The translations under genes and the position numbers were made by a program. A DNA stretch of 64,000 nucleotides from the NCBI GenBank assembly GCA_963711565.1, contig CAVQEQ010000003.1, positions 960,001 to 1,024,000 on the forward strand, in the 5' to 3' direction. How positions within the stretch are numbered: position 1 is the first letter of the stretch; the number at the start of each line of letters is the position of its first letter. This document shows positions 39,401-50,057 of the stretch, one piece after another. The stretch is from an uncultured delta proteobacterium (GTDB taxonomy: Bacteria; Desulfobacterota; Binatia; Binatales; Binataceae). Below the pieces are notes generated by a model. That model did no database searches, was not told the origin of the DNA, and saw only the letters and a program-made list of their open reading frames with translations.

Positions 39401-41275
39401 TCAATCGCCGCAACTACTGGGATCGGCTACGCAATCTCTCACGCTGTTTCTATAAGTCAGCGCGCTGGAGCTGCTCCCGGGTTGCCATGTCCATCCGCCT
39501 TTTGCTGCGCAAAAGGACGTATTGTCTTTTGAGATCGTGTTTCCAGAACAGTATGGAACCCAGTATAACAGAAAGAGGTTCGCCTTCGGATCATTCAGAA
39601 GTAAACCCTCGGCATTGTAGAACACAAGAGCATTGTCTTCAAGTTGACTACTGGTTAGCGGAGGAAGATTGTCATATTTCTGAATGCGAGTTTTAGCTCT
39701 ACTAGATTTACTGACGTACCCATTTCTGGCGTAATTCATAAACCGGACAGCAGCTGGATGCGCATATTGAGCAAACACTTTAACAACGCCGTCCGTTGAA
39801 TTTACGGTCCAATCCCACGCGTCCTGATATCCTGAGAATGCGAGTGGCGGACCAACTTGCATGAGGCCTATGTGTGAGCCTGCAGACTTGCCTTCCAATG
39901 GCCACCACCCCCCAGCAGGGGCAATTGGGAAAATAGTATACGGAAAGATGTCGTAATAAGTTTCTCCCGGTTGAAAATTGAATGTAAGAACTTGATTCGG
40001 TCCCGCGAACTGTTGATAGGTGCTCTCGTAACCCGCAACGCCCTCCATTAAGGATGACGTAAAGTTACTGTTATTTATGTATGGAACGGTGGAAGCATTG
40101 TCGTTCACGTGGCTGTGATACAAGTTATCGAGCATAGGAGTAATGGTCGTAGAAGGAATCGAAGTTCCGGTGACGCCGAAGATGTTCGCACAATCGGCCA
40201 CAAGGTCATCTCCCAATGTGCCTTCTCCAATCTCCGCCAACGCTGCGAGTTCGACCAATCCGCCGAGTGATTGCCAGGTGATGGACTGACTCGTGTCAGA
40301 GGTGCCATCAAATGTCGGCGGCGTGAGCAATGGCAAGTTGTCAGTGTCGAGATAGTAAGGAGGAACGCCGGGTCCGCCGCTGGTGTTGTAAATGGTCTGG
40401 TTTGTCCAGATGACGGTGTGTGGCGAGGCGTTCGATGGATCGTTGACCGTGGCGGAAACCGGAACGTTGACTGCAGTGTAATTCGCGTTGCCATCGGTGG
40501 CATTCATCGCAAACGTCGGGGTGGCCTGCGGTGACGGCAATGCGGGCGGCGATGTAATTGCCAGAGGGCTGTTAGCGGGATCGCGCGTGACGGTAAAGTT
40601 CGTGACAAAAGTGACGTTGCCGTTGTCTAAAACAGTAATCACTCCAGGAGCGTCGGGCAGGCAGGGACCTGGTATCCCCAGCACCAAATACCCATTCCCG
40701 TCCTTTTCCGGATCGCACGCGGGAGGTCCTTGAGTCGAGTTGAAGCAGCCGCTGCCCGCGTCGTAGGTCCACATCACATCAAATGCGACGTTGCTGGGAT
40801 ATAGGACATAGAATTCAAAGGTCTCGCCGTCAACTGCATTCATTGCCTCAATCGCCTGTACTACTGCGTAGTCCGAAGTATATGCGACGCCCGGATCGTT
40901 GGCAGGAGCCAGATTCGGCAGTACCACGCAGGTGGGATCATTCATGTCGGGCATGCACCAGGCGCCGGCGCTTTCGTCGGTCGTCTGCTCGAAGAAAGTG
41001 TTGAAATCTCCCTCGAATATGTAGTTGAAAGCATTCTCGGTGGCGAATCGGTAGGTGTTCACCAGGTATCCATTCTCGGTGGTCGGATCCGGCGGTGCGA
41101 TAAGATTTGGATGTGGCTGATCGATACTCTCCCGCAGCACCCGCCGGGGTGTGGACTGCGTTCTAACCAGGACGTTCCCGTTTTCTTCGACCAGGCTCAG
41201 GACAGGTTCCGCCCACGCACTCGACGACAGCCCCACCATCAACGCTGCAATCAACAGAACCCGATTGATTCCCAT
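39401..41275 (-). CDS. Secreted protein with C-terminal lytic transglycosylase/lysozyme-like domain
   Basis: Signal peptide (AWA-E); AGYES, GLMQV, ALVFYNA and TYRNSV in the order of SLT motifs I-IV. Confidence 0.65.
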   Translation of the reverse strand: MGINRVLLIAALMVGLSSSAWAEPVLSLVEENGNVLVRTQSTPRRVLRESIDQPHPNLIAPPDPTTENGYLVNTYRFATENAFNYIFEGDFNTFFEQTTDESAGAWCMPDMNDPTCVVLPNLAPANDPGVAYTSDYAVVQAIEAMNAVDGETFEFYVLYPSNVAFDVMWTYDAGSGCFNSTQGPPACDPEKDGNGYLVLGIPGPCLPDAPGVITVLDNGNVTFVTNFTVTRDPANSPLAITSPPALPSPQATPTFAMNATDGNANYTAVNVPVSATVNDPSNASPHTVIWTNQTIYNTSGGPGVPPYYLDTDNLPLLTPPTFDGTSDTSQSITWQSLGGLVELAALAEIGEGTLGDDLVADCANIFGVTGTSIPSTTITPMLDNLYHSHVNDNASTVPYINNSNFTSSLMEGVAGYESTYQQFAGPNQVLTFNFQPGETYYDIFPYTIFPIAPAGGWWPLEGKSAGSHIGLMQVGPPLAFSGYQDAWDWTVNSTDGVVKVFAQYAHPAAVRFMNYARNGYVSKSSRAKTRIQKYDNLPPLTSSQLEDNALVFYNAEGLLLNDPKANLFLLYWVPYCSGNTISKDNTSFCAAKGGWTWQPGSSSSALTYRNSVRDCVADPSSCGD

Positions 41276-41352
41276 CGCAGTGCTCCTATCGAGAAACCCA
41301 AAAGCTACAACGGCTAAACTTCCCTCTCCGCGAAAATCCTCGTAGTCCGCGG

Positions 41353-44300
41353 TTACTCATCTTTTTTGTGCTTATGCCGGCGATGCCGCTTACGCCGCTT
41401 GTGATGCCGGTGCTTGTGGTGCCTATGTTTGGGCTGGCGCGGCAGCGGATCGACCACGATGCCCTGCGGTGCGCTCAGTCCCGTCAGCGGGCCGCTGATC
41501 GTCGCGCTGGGCGCCACGTTGCCGTTGCTGCCCGTCGCATAGACCGCAACGCTGTCAGCGCCTCCCACCGCGCTGCCATCGTTAGTTACATAGATATTGC
41601 CGCTGGGATCGAGCGCGACGCCCGTAGGAGAATCAAGGCCGGTGTTGTCGCCGGTGTCATCGCCAACGATGGCAGTGATTGGGGCAACATTCAGGACGCC
41701 CGTGCTGCTCCCAACCGCCCCGTACTCCGTCACGCTCCCTAGACCGTCGATGCCCCCGGCCGCATTCGCCACATAGACGTTGCCGGTTGAGTCGAGTGCG
41801 ATAGCGAACGGTATCGCAAGCTCTGTGTTGTCGCATGGAGCGCAACTGGGATCGTCGCTGATGGTCACGGTTGGCGCAATATCGCCGTTGCTACCGGCCG
41901 AATAGACGGTAACGCTGCCGATCCCGTCGGGTCCGCCTGTGGCATTCGCCACGTAGATATTGCCGCTCGAATCGACGGCGACGCCGATCGGGAAACTGAG
42001 ACCAGTGATGTCCCCGGTATCGTCACCGGCGATAGTGGTGGTTGGAGCAATGTTGAGGTTGCCGCTTCTGTTTCCCAGCGGTGAATACTTGGTGACGCTG
42101 CCGAACTCATCAAAGCCACCGGTGCCATTCGCCACATAGATGTGCCCACTGGAATCTACGGCAACGCCGGTGGGAAAATTGAGCAGAGTGTTATCGTTCC
42201 CGCCGCCGCTGCTGATGACCGCGACTGGCGGCTCGTTGGCATACGTGCCGTACGGGTAGATGGAGATGCTGTCCACGCCGCCGAAGGTGCTTCCAGCGTT
42301 GGCCACATAGATGTTGTCGCTGGAATCGAGTGCGATTCCAACGGGCGCTTCGATCTCTGTCTCGGAACTGATGGTAGCGCTGGGGGCGGCATTACCACTG
42401 CTGCCCGAAGAATAGACGGTGACGCTGTCGAACCCTCCAACGGCGCTGCCGGCACTGACAACATACAGGTTCCCGACGGAATCGACGGCGACCCCAAACG
42501 GCAGATCCAGCCCGGTCGCGCCTCCGCTGATGGTTGCGCTGGGCGTCACGTTGCCGTTGCTACCGGCGGCATAGACGGTCACGGTGTCCGCGCCGCCGTT
42601 AACGCTGCCGTCGTTGGTTACGTAGAGCTTACCGCTGGAATCGACCGTGATCCCTCCGGGAGAATTCAGCCCCGTATGGCCCCCGCTGATAGTCGCGCTG
42701 GGCGTTACATTGGGATAGTTCGGCTGGCTAGAGAGACTTGCGAGCGGCGGAAAGACGGTGACGGTATCGGGGTCGCCATTAAGGCTGGCGGAGTTCGCCA
42801 CGTAAATGTTGCCGCTGGGATCGACGGCGATTCCGTAGGGTAGTTCAATTCCGGTGGCGGCTCCGCTGACAGTCGCGCTGGGGTGGAATTTCCGTTGGCG
42901 CCAGCTGCGTAGATGGTAACGCTGTCGTTTCCGCCGATTTCGCTACCGTCATTCGCTACGTAGAGGTTTCCGCTCGAATCGACCGCGATGCCGGTTGGAT
43001 TGCCCAGCCCTGTATTGGCGCCGGAGATAGTGTCGATCGGGGTCACATTGCCGGCGCTGCCTGCGGCATAGACGGTGATGGTGTCGGCGTCTCCTATCAC
43101 GCTTCCGGCATTAGCAATGTAGAGTTTTCCGCCGGAATCAAGCGCGATGCCGGTAGGGTTGTCGAGCCCGGTGTTGTTTCCACCAATGGTCGATATTGGA
43201 ACCGAGTTGCGATTGCTCCCCGGCGCATAGACCGTCACCGTGTTACCGTTTTGGTTTGTCACGTATAGATTGCCGCTCGAGTCTCGGGCGAGGCCGAATG
43301 GGCTGGACAATCCGGTTCCTGAAGAAAGCGGAGCGATATTGCCGCTGGAGCCGGCCAGGTATGCGGTCACATCGTTGGCGTTGAGATTGGTAACGTAAAA
43401 GGTGACAGCGGCAGCCGTCGCGGTCGGGGTCGCTGTGGGTGTCGCAGTTACCGAGGCGGTTGCGGTTACAGTTGATGTTGACGTTGGAGTCGCTGTTTTC
43501 GTTACCGTGGCTGTCGCAGTTGCAGTCGCTGTGGGTGTCGCGGATATTGTGGCGGTTGGCGTTGCCGTCTTGGTTGCGGTCGCAGTCTTTGTTGCAGTGG
43601 CCGTGGCAGTTGCAGTCGCGGTCGCCGTGGGCGTCGCAATTGCCGTCGCTGTGGCTGTAGCCGTCGCGGTAGCGGTAGCTGTAGGCGTAGCCGTAGCGCT
43701 GGGCTGTGCCGCGATGTAAGTCCCGATCAACCCTAGCGACGTGGTGGCCGCCGTCATCGTCCAGCTATTACTGAGCGCTCCGGTTGAGTTGACGATTTGA
43801 TCTGCCGTGAACAGCATCGGTGCCGTCGTCGATTGATTGTCGAGACTGGAGCCGTTTGCCGGACCCGAGGATAGCGTCTTGACCGCCGCGAAACCGACCG
43901 CGCCTATCGCGATTTCAGATGCCGAAGTAGTTGTCGGCGTCGTCCCGGTTCCGGCCATTTTGGATGCGGTGCCTTGCTGGTTGATCATTGACTGATCGAG
44001 TACACCGGCATTCGTCAGCACTCCTGTAAGCTCGACGATCTCCAGCGTTACCGCCCGTTGTACGGAGCCGCTGATCGTGACCGTAACTGTGTCGGCGCCA
44101 CCCGCGACATTGGGACAGTACCATTGCTCCAAGTCCAGCACCGGCGCGGAGCCGGGCGCTACATGCGGTCCCTGATAGCATGTGGTTCCCAGGCTATCAG
44201 TCACGCTGCCGGTCTGGGTGCCGCTGGCGAGCGCGAAGGTCGCCACTACCGTGTCGCCTGCGGTCGTGCTCGAGCCAAACGCCAGACTCAGCTTCAACGA

Positions 44301-45341
44301 CAACGTCGTCCCTTCTGTGATCCCGTGCTGTACGATGGGTCCAGTGGGCGTCGCAGTAGCGGTTGGGGTGGCAGTTGCCGTGGCTGTCGCAGTTGTCGTC
44401 GCCGTAGCCGTCGTCGTTGGAGTGGGCGTTGCAGTTAGGGTCGCCGTGGCGGTGGACGTTGCGGTGGCAGTGGCTGTGGCGGTCACGGTCGCAGTGGCTG
44501 TAGCTGTCACTGTAGGGGTAGCCGTAGCGCTGGGCTGCGCGGCGATGTAAGTCCCGATCAATCCGAGCGAAGTGCTGGCCGCCGTCATGCTCCAGCTGTT
44601 GCTGAACTCTCCGGTCGAAGTGACGATCTGATCCGCCGTGAACAGCGAGGGTAGGGTCGTGGATTGACTATCGAGGCCAGCGCCGTATGCCGGACCCGTG
44701 GACAGCGTCTTAGTCGTAGCGAAGCCGACCGCGCTGATCGCGATTTCAGATGCCGAGGTGGTAGTCGCCGTCGTATTGGTTGTGGCGGTCTTGGATGACG
44801 GGTTCTGGTAAGTCGCCGACTGATCCAGCACGCCGGGACTGGTCAGCACTCCCGCAAGCTCCACGATCTCCAGCGTTACCGCCCGTTGTACCGCGCCGCT
44901 GATCGTTACTGTAACCGTGTCGGCGCCGCCCGCGACATTCGGGCAATACCATTGCTCCAGGTCCAGCACCGGCGCGGAGCCGGGCGCTATATGCGGTCCC
45001 TGATAACAGGGGGTTCCCAGGCTGTCGGTCACGCTGCCAGTCTGAGTGCCGCTGCTCAGCGCGAAGGTCGCCACCACCGTGTCGCCCGCGGTCGTATTCG
45101 AGCCAAACGCCAGACTCTACTGCAACGACAACGTCGTCCCTTCACTGATCCCGTGCTGTACAACCGTCTGTGCGCTAGCAGCAGTTGCCCACGCCAGCGA
45201 AAGGGCGAAAGACAAAAACACCGCGATGAACAAACGCGGACCGGCAGCGACGGCGACTACGACGCGTGGAGGCGAAGTTGCGGCACTCTGGGCCGCAGCC
45301 ACTTCTCTTGCGAAATGCGTGTGATGCTCAGCACTACGCAT
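41353..45341 (-). pseudogene. Large secreted NHL-repeat/Thr-Ala-linker surface protein with two lesions
   Basis: Signal peptide; in-frame TAG at 45117-45119; 1-nt deletion near 42880; two beta-rich repeats, TA linkers, many (P)xGIAVDSSGNLYV repeats and a basic tail. Confidence 0.8.
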
Positions 45342-45963
45342 ACCCCATCCTCTCTCGTGGACTCTGGCAACGTGCGGGAGGTGAGAGGTAGCCTGACATC
45401 CGAGTTGGATCTAAGTTGGATATACACGTCACAAGCTCGGTTGCGTCGTCACTGAGAATCGAGAATCGAGCAGGTCGCGCAACTCGGCATTCCGTCGAGC
45501 GAGTAAGCGAGGCTCTGAGCCGAGTATCTGCGTGTAACAAGCATGACCGAGGAGCAGCGGAAAGCTTTACTGGACAGGCATAACTTGTCCGCTTTGACGG
45601 CTTGCCCGAATTGCTTCCCGGCAACCTGCGCAACGCTCTCGATCATCGACGCCCCCGTTCGAGATCTCGCATCGTTCCTGTCGCCACGTTGGCCTGGCTG
45701 CGACAGTCGCCAGCGTATTTAGTCAAGACGCCCAGCAGTGTCAACACTTGGCTGTGGATAATCGACAATTGGTTATCGGCGCGAAGCGCAGGGACGCTCG
45801 AAAACTGCCGTGGCCCGGAAAAACCTGAGCCGGTCCCGATCAGGCTGCGCGTCAGGCACGAATTTCTGCCGCGTTGAGGCGGCGGAAAATGAATTGGATT
45901 TTGACCGCTTGCGTCAACTTAAGTACCGCGGCGCACGCGGGGTTCCGCATTATCGGCTATCAT

Positions 45964-45973
45964 GCTACATAGC
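45964..45973. promoter_or_regulatory. Operator GCTACATAGC upstream of the XRE repressor gene
   Basis: Matches GCTANATAGC at 47032 and 53206; 5 nt before the ATG, with no RBS. Confidence 0.6.
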
Positions 45974-45978
45974 TCATC

Positions 45979-46302
45979 ATGCAAACACTGGGACAGTTCA
46001 TTGTTGAGCGGCGCAAGGAGCTGGGGCTGGCGGGGCGCGAGGTGGTGGCGGAGGTGCGCAACTCCGATGGCAAGCCAATCTCGATTCCGTTTCTGGTTGA
46101 CCTCGAACACGACCGCCGCAAGCCTTCCGACGAAGTCCTTGAACAACTCGCCAAGGTTCTCAAGGTCGATTCGGATGTGCTCTACTTTCTGGCAGGGCGG
46201 TTTCCAGCCGACCTCAGCGCGACGACCGTCAACAGTGCGGAGGAGCTGGCAGCCGGCTGGAAGGCATTTCGGCGAGAAGTAAAGCGCAGGAAGAAGCCGT
46301 GA
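45979..46302 (+). CDS. XRE-family HTH repressor (ImmR-like)
   Basis: LGQFIVERRKELGL...ISIPFLVDLEHDRRKPS. Confidence 0.88.
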   Translation: MQTLGQFIVERRKELGLAGREVVAEVRNSDGKPISIPFLVDLEHDRRKPSDEVLEQLAKVLKVDSDVLYFLAGRFPADLSATTVNSAEELAAGWKAFRREVKRRKKP

Positions 46303-46964
46303 AGATGATCCCGGACAGGACCGGGCGCTTTCCGGAGCGTCCGCACTGGGAGATCCGCGAGCTTGAGCAGATGTGCGAGGAGACAATGACCTCGTTTCTG
46401 CGCCAGCACTTCGGGTTCGAGCGCATCCCGGTGCCGACCGAGGCGGTCATGATGCTGATCGAGCGTGACGCCGCCGACCTCGACCTGGCGACGAATCTCT
46501 CCGACGAGATGCACGAGGTCTTTGGCTTCACCCAGTTCGAGCGCGGCCGAAAGCCGCTGGTTAAAATCGCGCGGGAACTGTGGGAGCAACGGCACCGCAA
46601 CAATCGATTGCGCACAACCCTGACTCACGAATATGGCCACGTAATGCTGCACACGTGGCTGTATGACAAGTACGGCACTGCCCGTGCTCCGCACCGCTGT
46701 TACTGGCAGAGCCTGCTTCCAACCGAGCGAGTGGTGGACTGGTTTGAGTGGCAAGCGGGCTACGCTTCGGGCGCTTTGCTGATGCCGGAGAGCTTCGCGC
46801 GTCGAACGGTCGAAGCGTATTTCCAGCATCGCTTTGAGCGTCCGCCGGCCGCCAAGGGCTCGCCAGAAGCGTCAGCGCTCTGCCACCGCATTTCTCTGGC
46901 GTTCGATGTATCCGTCGAAGCCGCCACCGTGCGGCTCTCCCAGCTCGGCTATCTGACCGAATAG
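46299..46964 (+). CDS. ImmA/IrrE-family metallopeptidase
   Basis: RTTLTHEYGH (HExxH), EWQAGYASGALLMP, FDVS...RL; GTGA overlap with the XRE gene. Confidence 0.9.
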   Translation: MKMIPDRTGRFPERPHWEIRELEQMCEETMTSFLRQHFGFERIPVPTEAVMMLIERDAADLDLATNLSDEMHEVFGFTQFERGRKPLVKIARELWEQRHRNNRLRTTLTHEYGHVMLHTWLYDKYGTARAPHRCYWQSLLPTERVVDWFEWQAGYASGALLMPESFARRTVEAYFQHRFERPPAAKGSPEASALCHRISLAFDVSVEAATVRLSQLGYLTE

Positions 46965-47010
46965 CCCGCCAATAAGATCCCGACCGTTTCGCGTAGAACG
47001 ATCCTCACGC

Positions 47011-47043
47011 TTGACACTTGTTTTGTATATCGCTATATAGCGA
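47011..47043 (+). promoter_or_regulatory. Sigma-70-type promoter with overlapping palindromic operator TCGCTATATAGCGA
   Basis: TTGACA at 47011; perfect 14-bp palindrome at 47030-47043 over the -10 region. Confidence 0.75.
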
Positions 47044-47075
47044 AGTAGTCATATAGCCAATTCAAGGCACTGCCC

Positions 47076-47405
47076 ATGACCCAAGCCGCTATGAAGCAAG
47101 CGCCGAAATCGAACGTCAGATGGCTCATCGCTGCCTGCGCCGGCATCCTCTTCGCGCTTCGAGCCGAACCGTTGTGGGCCGCACAGTACGCCGGCGCCCT
47201 GCCCTGGGATCAGACGCTCGGCGCGATTCAGGACATCCTGGTCGGTCCCGTGGCTCACGTTGTAATAACGCTGAACTTCGCCTTCTCGGCGATCCTGTAC
47301 ACGGTCGGCAGCCATCAGCGAGCAGGCCGCTTGTTGGCAGGCGGATTGGCAGCTTACGCCGGGCTGATTGCTGTCCATTTGCTGACTTACCTCTCGCCCT
47401 TCTGA
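47076..47405 (+). CDS. TrbC/VirB2-family pilin
   Basis: Signal segment, GALPWDQTLGAIQDILVGPVA motif, two hydrophobic helices. Confidence 0.8.
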   Translation: MTQAAMKQAPKSNVRWLIAACAGILFALRAEPLWAAQYAGALPWDQTLGAIQDILVGPVAHVVITLNFAFSAILYTVGSHQRAGRLLAGGLAAYAGLIAVHLLTYLSPF

Positions 47406-47442
47406 GCAGTCCATTCCAAGCGACCATTGGTGGAGGTCCGAT

Positions 47443-47718
47443 ATGAAACTCGCACGCATCGCAAAGCCGCTTCGTTCCGTACAGGTGCGCGTGACGCTAG
47501 CCGGCGACCTGAACGCCGCGCTCGAGAGCTACGCGCGCTACTACGAACACGTTCACGGCGACCCGGTGGATTCGAAGGCGCTGATTCCGGAGATTCTCAG
47601 TGCCTTTCTACAAGCCGACCGTGAGTTCCAGTTGTGGTCGCGCTCTGGCGCTCCCAGTCAGCAGCGCCACGCCGCAGTTCCGCCTTCAACCAACGGCAGC
47701 ACCAAGCCACAACCGTGA
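47443..47718 (+). CDS. DUF2274-family protein
   Basis: DLNAALESYARYY...ALIPEILSAFLQADREF. Confidence 0.8.
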   Translation: MKLARIAKPLRSVQVRVTLAGDLNAALESYARYYEHVHGDPVDSKALIPEILSAFLQADREFQLWSRSGAPSQQRHAAVPPSTNGSTKPQP

Positions 47719-47918
47719 CTGCCTTCAACGCAAACACCGATGCCGTGCTTCGCACGTGTGTGCATTTGACACGTCACTCATCGCCTGGATGAACGCGATT
47801 CGTGCAAGTACCCGTAAACATTGCGCAGACGCTGTCTACAGGAACACGTGCGAAGCCGTCCAAGCCCCCGCCAAATCAGCGTAAACACCCGTCTACATAG
47901 ACCTTTGGAGAAGCAGCC

Positions 47919-48264
47919 ATGAGCACGCGATCGATCTCAACCCGAGTCCCGCAGGAAATCGCTGATCACCTTGCGGCTGAAGCGCGCCGCCGAAGCGTCA
48001 CCGAGAGCGATCTCATCCGCGAGATTCTCACCGCGCGCTACCTCGGCGCCGGTCCGTCCGCGACGGAACCTCGGCCACAAAGCCAACCGTTGGATGGGTA
48101 CGCGCAGCTCATCTTCGAGATCGCCAAGACTCGCTCCGTCATTCTGCATTCGCTCGACCACACGCTCGGAGCGGACGTGGTCGAACGAGATCATCGACGC
48201 CGCCGAGCAGACCGCCAAGGAACACGTCGCGCAGGTGCTCAAGAGCAAGGAGATCCAGCCATGA
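47919..48264 (+). pseudogene. RHH relaxosome accessory protein (TrwA-like), frameshifted near 48185
   Basis: N-terminal ISTRVP...SESDLIREIL-like RHH; protein-like C-terminus (EIIDAAEQTAKEHVAQVL) lies in another frame, ending in an ATGA overlap with the coupling protein. Confidence 0.65.
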
Positions 48265-50054
48265 CGCCCGCCATCCGTCAGGCAATTCACGAACACACCC
48301 TACGTGCTTCGCTGGAGTTCAAACTCAGAGAGGCGCTCCGTTACCTCCTCCTGACTGCGGCCATCTGGGTCGAGATGACCGTGTGCCTGGTCTGGCACTG
48401 GACCGGCCATTATGGTGGTCCCGCTGCGAACCGCTATTTCATCCGCTGGTTTCTGGCGTGGTTCCTGACACAGGAAATTCCGCTGACCTTCGCGTCACTC
48501 CCCTATCGTGGCGGGCGCTACACCATCACCAGCATGTACGCCTTCCTCAATTACAAGTATTACCTCGGCGGCTCGTTCGCTTCATGGTATTGGCATTACG
48601 CGCCCTGGGGCGCCGTACTCACCGGTCTCATCGAGGCGGGGCTGCTGGCGGTCCTTCAGATATCCGATGCTCCGCCAGAGGCCAGGCATGTTCGGGGCAT
48701 CACGCTGGTTTCGGCGCGCAAACTCGCCCGCAGGCTGGGCAGTCGCGCGGGCATTGGGCTGGCCGGCGTTCGGATACCGCGAGCGCTGGAGTGCCAGCAC
48801 TTTCTCATCGCCGGCTCGACCGGCTCCGGCAAGTCGGTCGCGATACGTTCGCTACTGCGACAGATCAGGGAGCGGGGAGAAACCGCGGTCGTCGTGGACC
48901 CGGAGTGCGAGTTCGTCTCGGAGTTCTATCAGCCCGGTCGCGGCGACTTCATCCTGAATCCGCTCGATGCACGCTGCCCGCGCTGGTCACCATGGTACGA
49001 GCTTCGCGATGAAAATCATGACGCGGACTGCGAAGCACTGGCCGCGTCGTTACTTCCAGATCCGCCCGACGCCTACCACGAGGGCGGGGCGAGCTTCTTC
49101 TTCCGTCAGAGCAGCCGGACGCTGCTGACGAGCATCTTCCGGATCGCCGAGCCCAAGGAAGCCGCGTCGATCCCGCGCCTCCTGACCCTGCCGCGAGCTG
49201 AACTCAGACAGGCTCTGGCAGGCACGCCAGCCGAAGCGCTCATCGATCCCGGAGCGCACGAGCAGGGCGCCGGCATTGTGGCCACCGCCGCAAATGCGAC
49301 CAAGTCGTTCCAGTACCTGCCGGTACAGGCGCCGCGAACTTGGAGCGCACTGGAGTGGTCGGCGCAGCGCAACGGCTGGCTCTTCCTGACCTCGTCGGAG
49401 GAATCAAAAGACGCCGCGCTTCAACTCCAAAGCGTGTGGTTGGATTGCATCATCCACCGCCTGATGAGCAGCGAACTTGGGCCGCGCCGACGTGAACAGG
49501 TATGGATCGTGGCCGACGAGCTTGCGGTGCTGAGACGCCAGGCGAAGCTCGAGGATCTGGTTGTGCGTGGCCGGAAGCGCGGCTTGGCGGTCGTGCTGGG
49601 CTTTCAGGCCATCACCCAATTACGAACCATTTACGGCGCCAACCAGGCCGCCACACTGGTCGCGTCGCCCGCCACCAAGCTGATTCTGAGAACCGGAGAG
49701 CCTGAGACAGCCCAATGGTGCAGCGCGCAGATCGGCGAGCGCGAAGTCGAGCGCGGCCATCTGAGCGCTAACGCGAGTCATGGAGGCCGATACTCGTTCG
49801 GTATTCGTGAACAGCGAACGACGGAACCGGCCGTGATGCCTGCCGAGATGCAACTGCTCCAGCCGCTGTCGGGCTACCTGTGCATCACCGGTCATCACCG
49901 CTCGTTCGTGCGCTTCGACTATCTCGCGCCCCAAGTCCGACAGGAAGGTTTCATCCCGCGCGTCAATCTGCCTGCGCCAGTGATAACAGCGCGACGGGCG
50001 CAGGTGATCCCGCTGCATCCTGCCGCCGCGAGCAAACGAAGGAAACGGATCTGA
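48261..50054 (+). CDS. Type IV coupling protein (TrwB/TraD-like)
   Basis: N-terminal TMs, GSTGSGKS Walker A, WIVADEL, GRKRG...GFQAITQL; AAGGAG RBS. Confidence 0.92.
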   Translation: MTPAIRQAIHEHTLRASLEFKLREALRYLLLTAAIWVEMTVCLVWHWTGHYGGPAANRYFIRWFLAWFLTQEIPLTFASLPYRGGRYTITSMYAFLNYKYYLGGSFASWYWHYAPWGAVLTGLIEAGLLAVLQISDAPPEARHVRGITLVSARKLARRLGSRAGIGLAGVRIPRALECQHFLIAGSTGSGKSVAIRSLLRQIRERGETAVVVDPECEFVSEFYQPGRGDFILNPLDARCPRWSPWYELRDENHDADCEALAASLLPDPPDAYHEGGASFFFRQSSRTLLTSIFRIAEPKEAASIPRLLTLPRAELRQALAGTPAEALIDPGAHEQGAGIVATAANATKSFQYLPVQAPRTWSALEWSAQRNGWLFLTSSEESKDAALQLQSVWLDCIIHRLMSSELGPRRREQVWIVADELAVLRRQAKLEDLVVRGRKRGLAVVLGFQAITQLRTIYGANQAATLVASPATKLILRTGEPETAQWCSAQIGEREVERGHLSANASHGGRYSFGIREQRTTEPAVMPAEMQLLQPLSGYLCITGHHRSFVRFDYLAPQVRQEGFIPRVNLPAPVITARRAQVIPLHPAAASKRRKRI

Positions 50055-50057
50055 GCC

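Noticed and set aside
43402-44550. Plus-strand Val/Ala-repeat ORFs
   Set aside because: They are antisense shadows of the Thr-Ala linkers.
45117-45119. Programmed amber read-through or pyrrolysine
   Set aside because: The paralogous repeat has Leu here, TAG is a normal stop elsewhere in the window, no pyl genes are present, and the gene has a second lesion.
45543-45722. 59-aa CPNC-containing ORF
   Set aside because: No clear RBS or family resemblance; cannot be supported.
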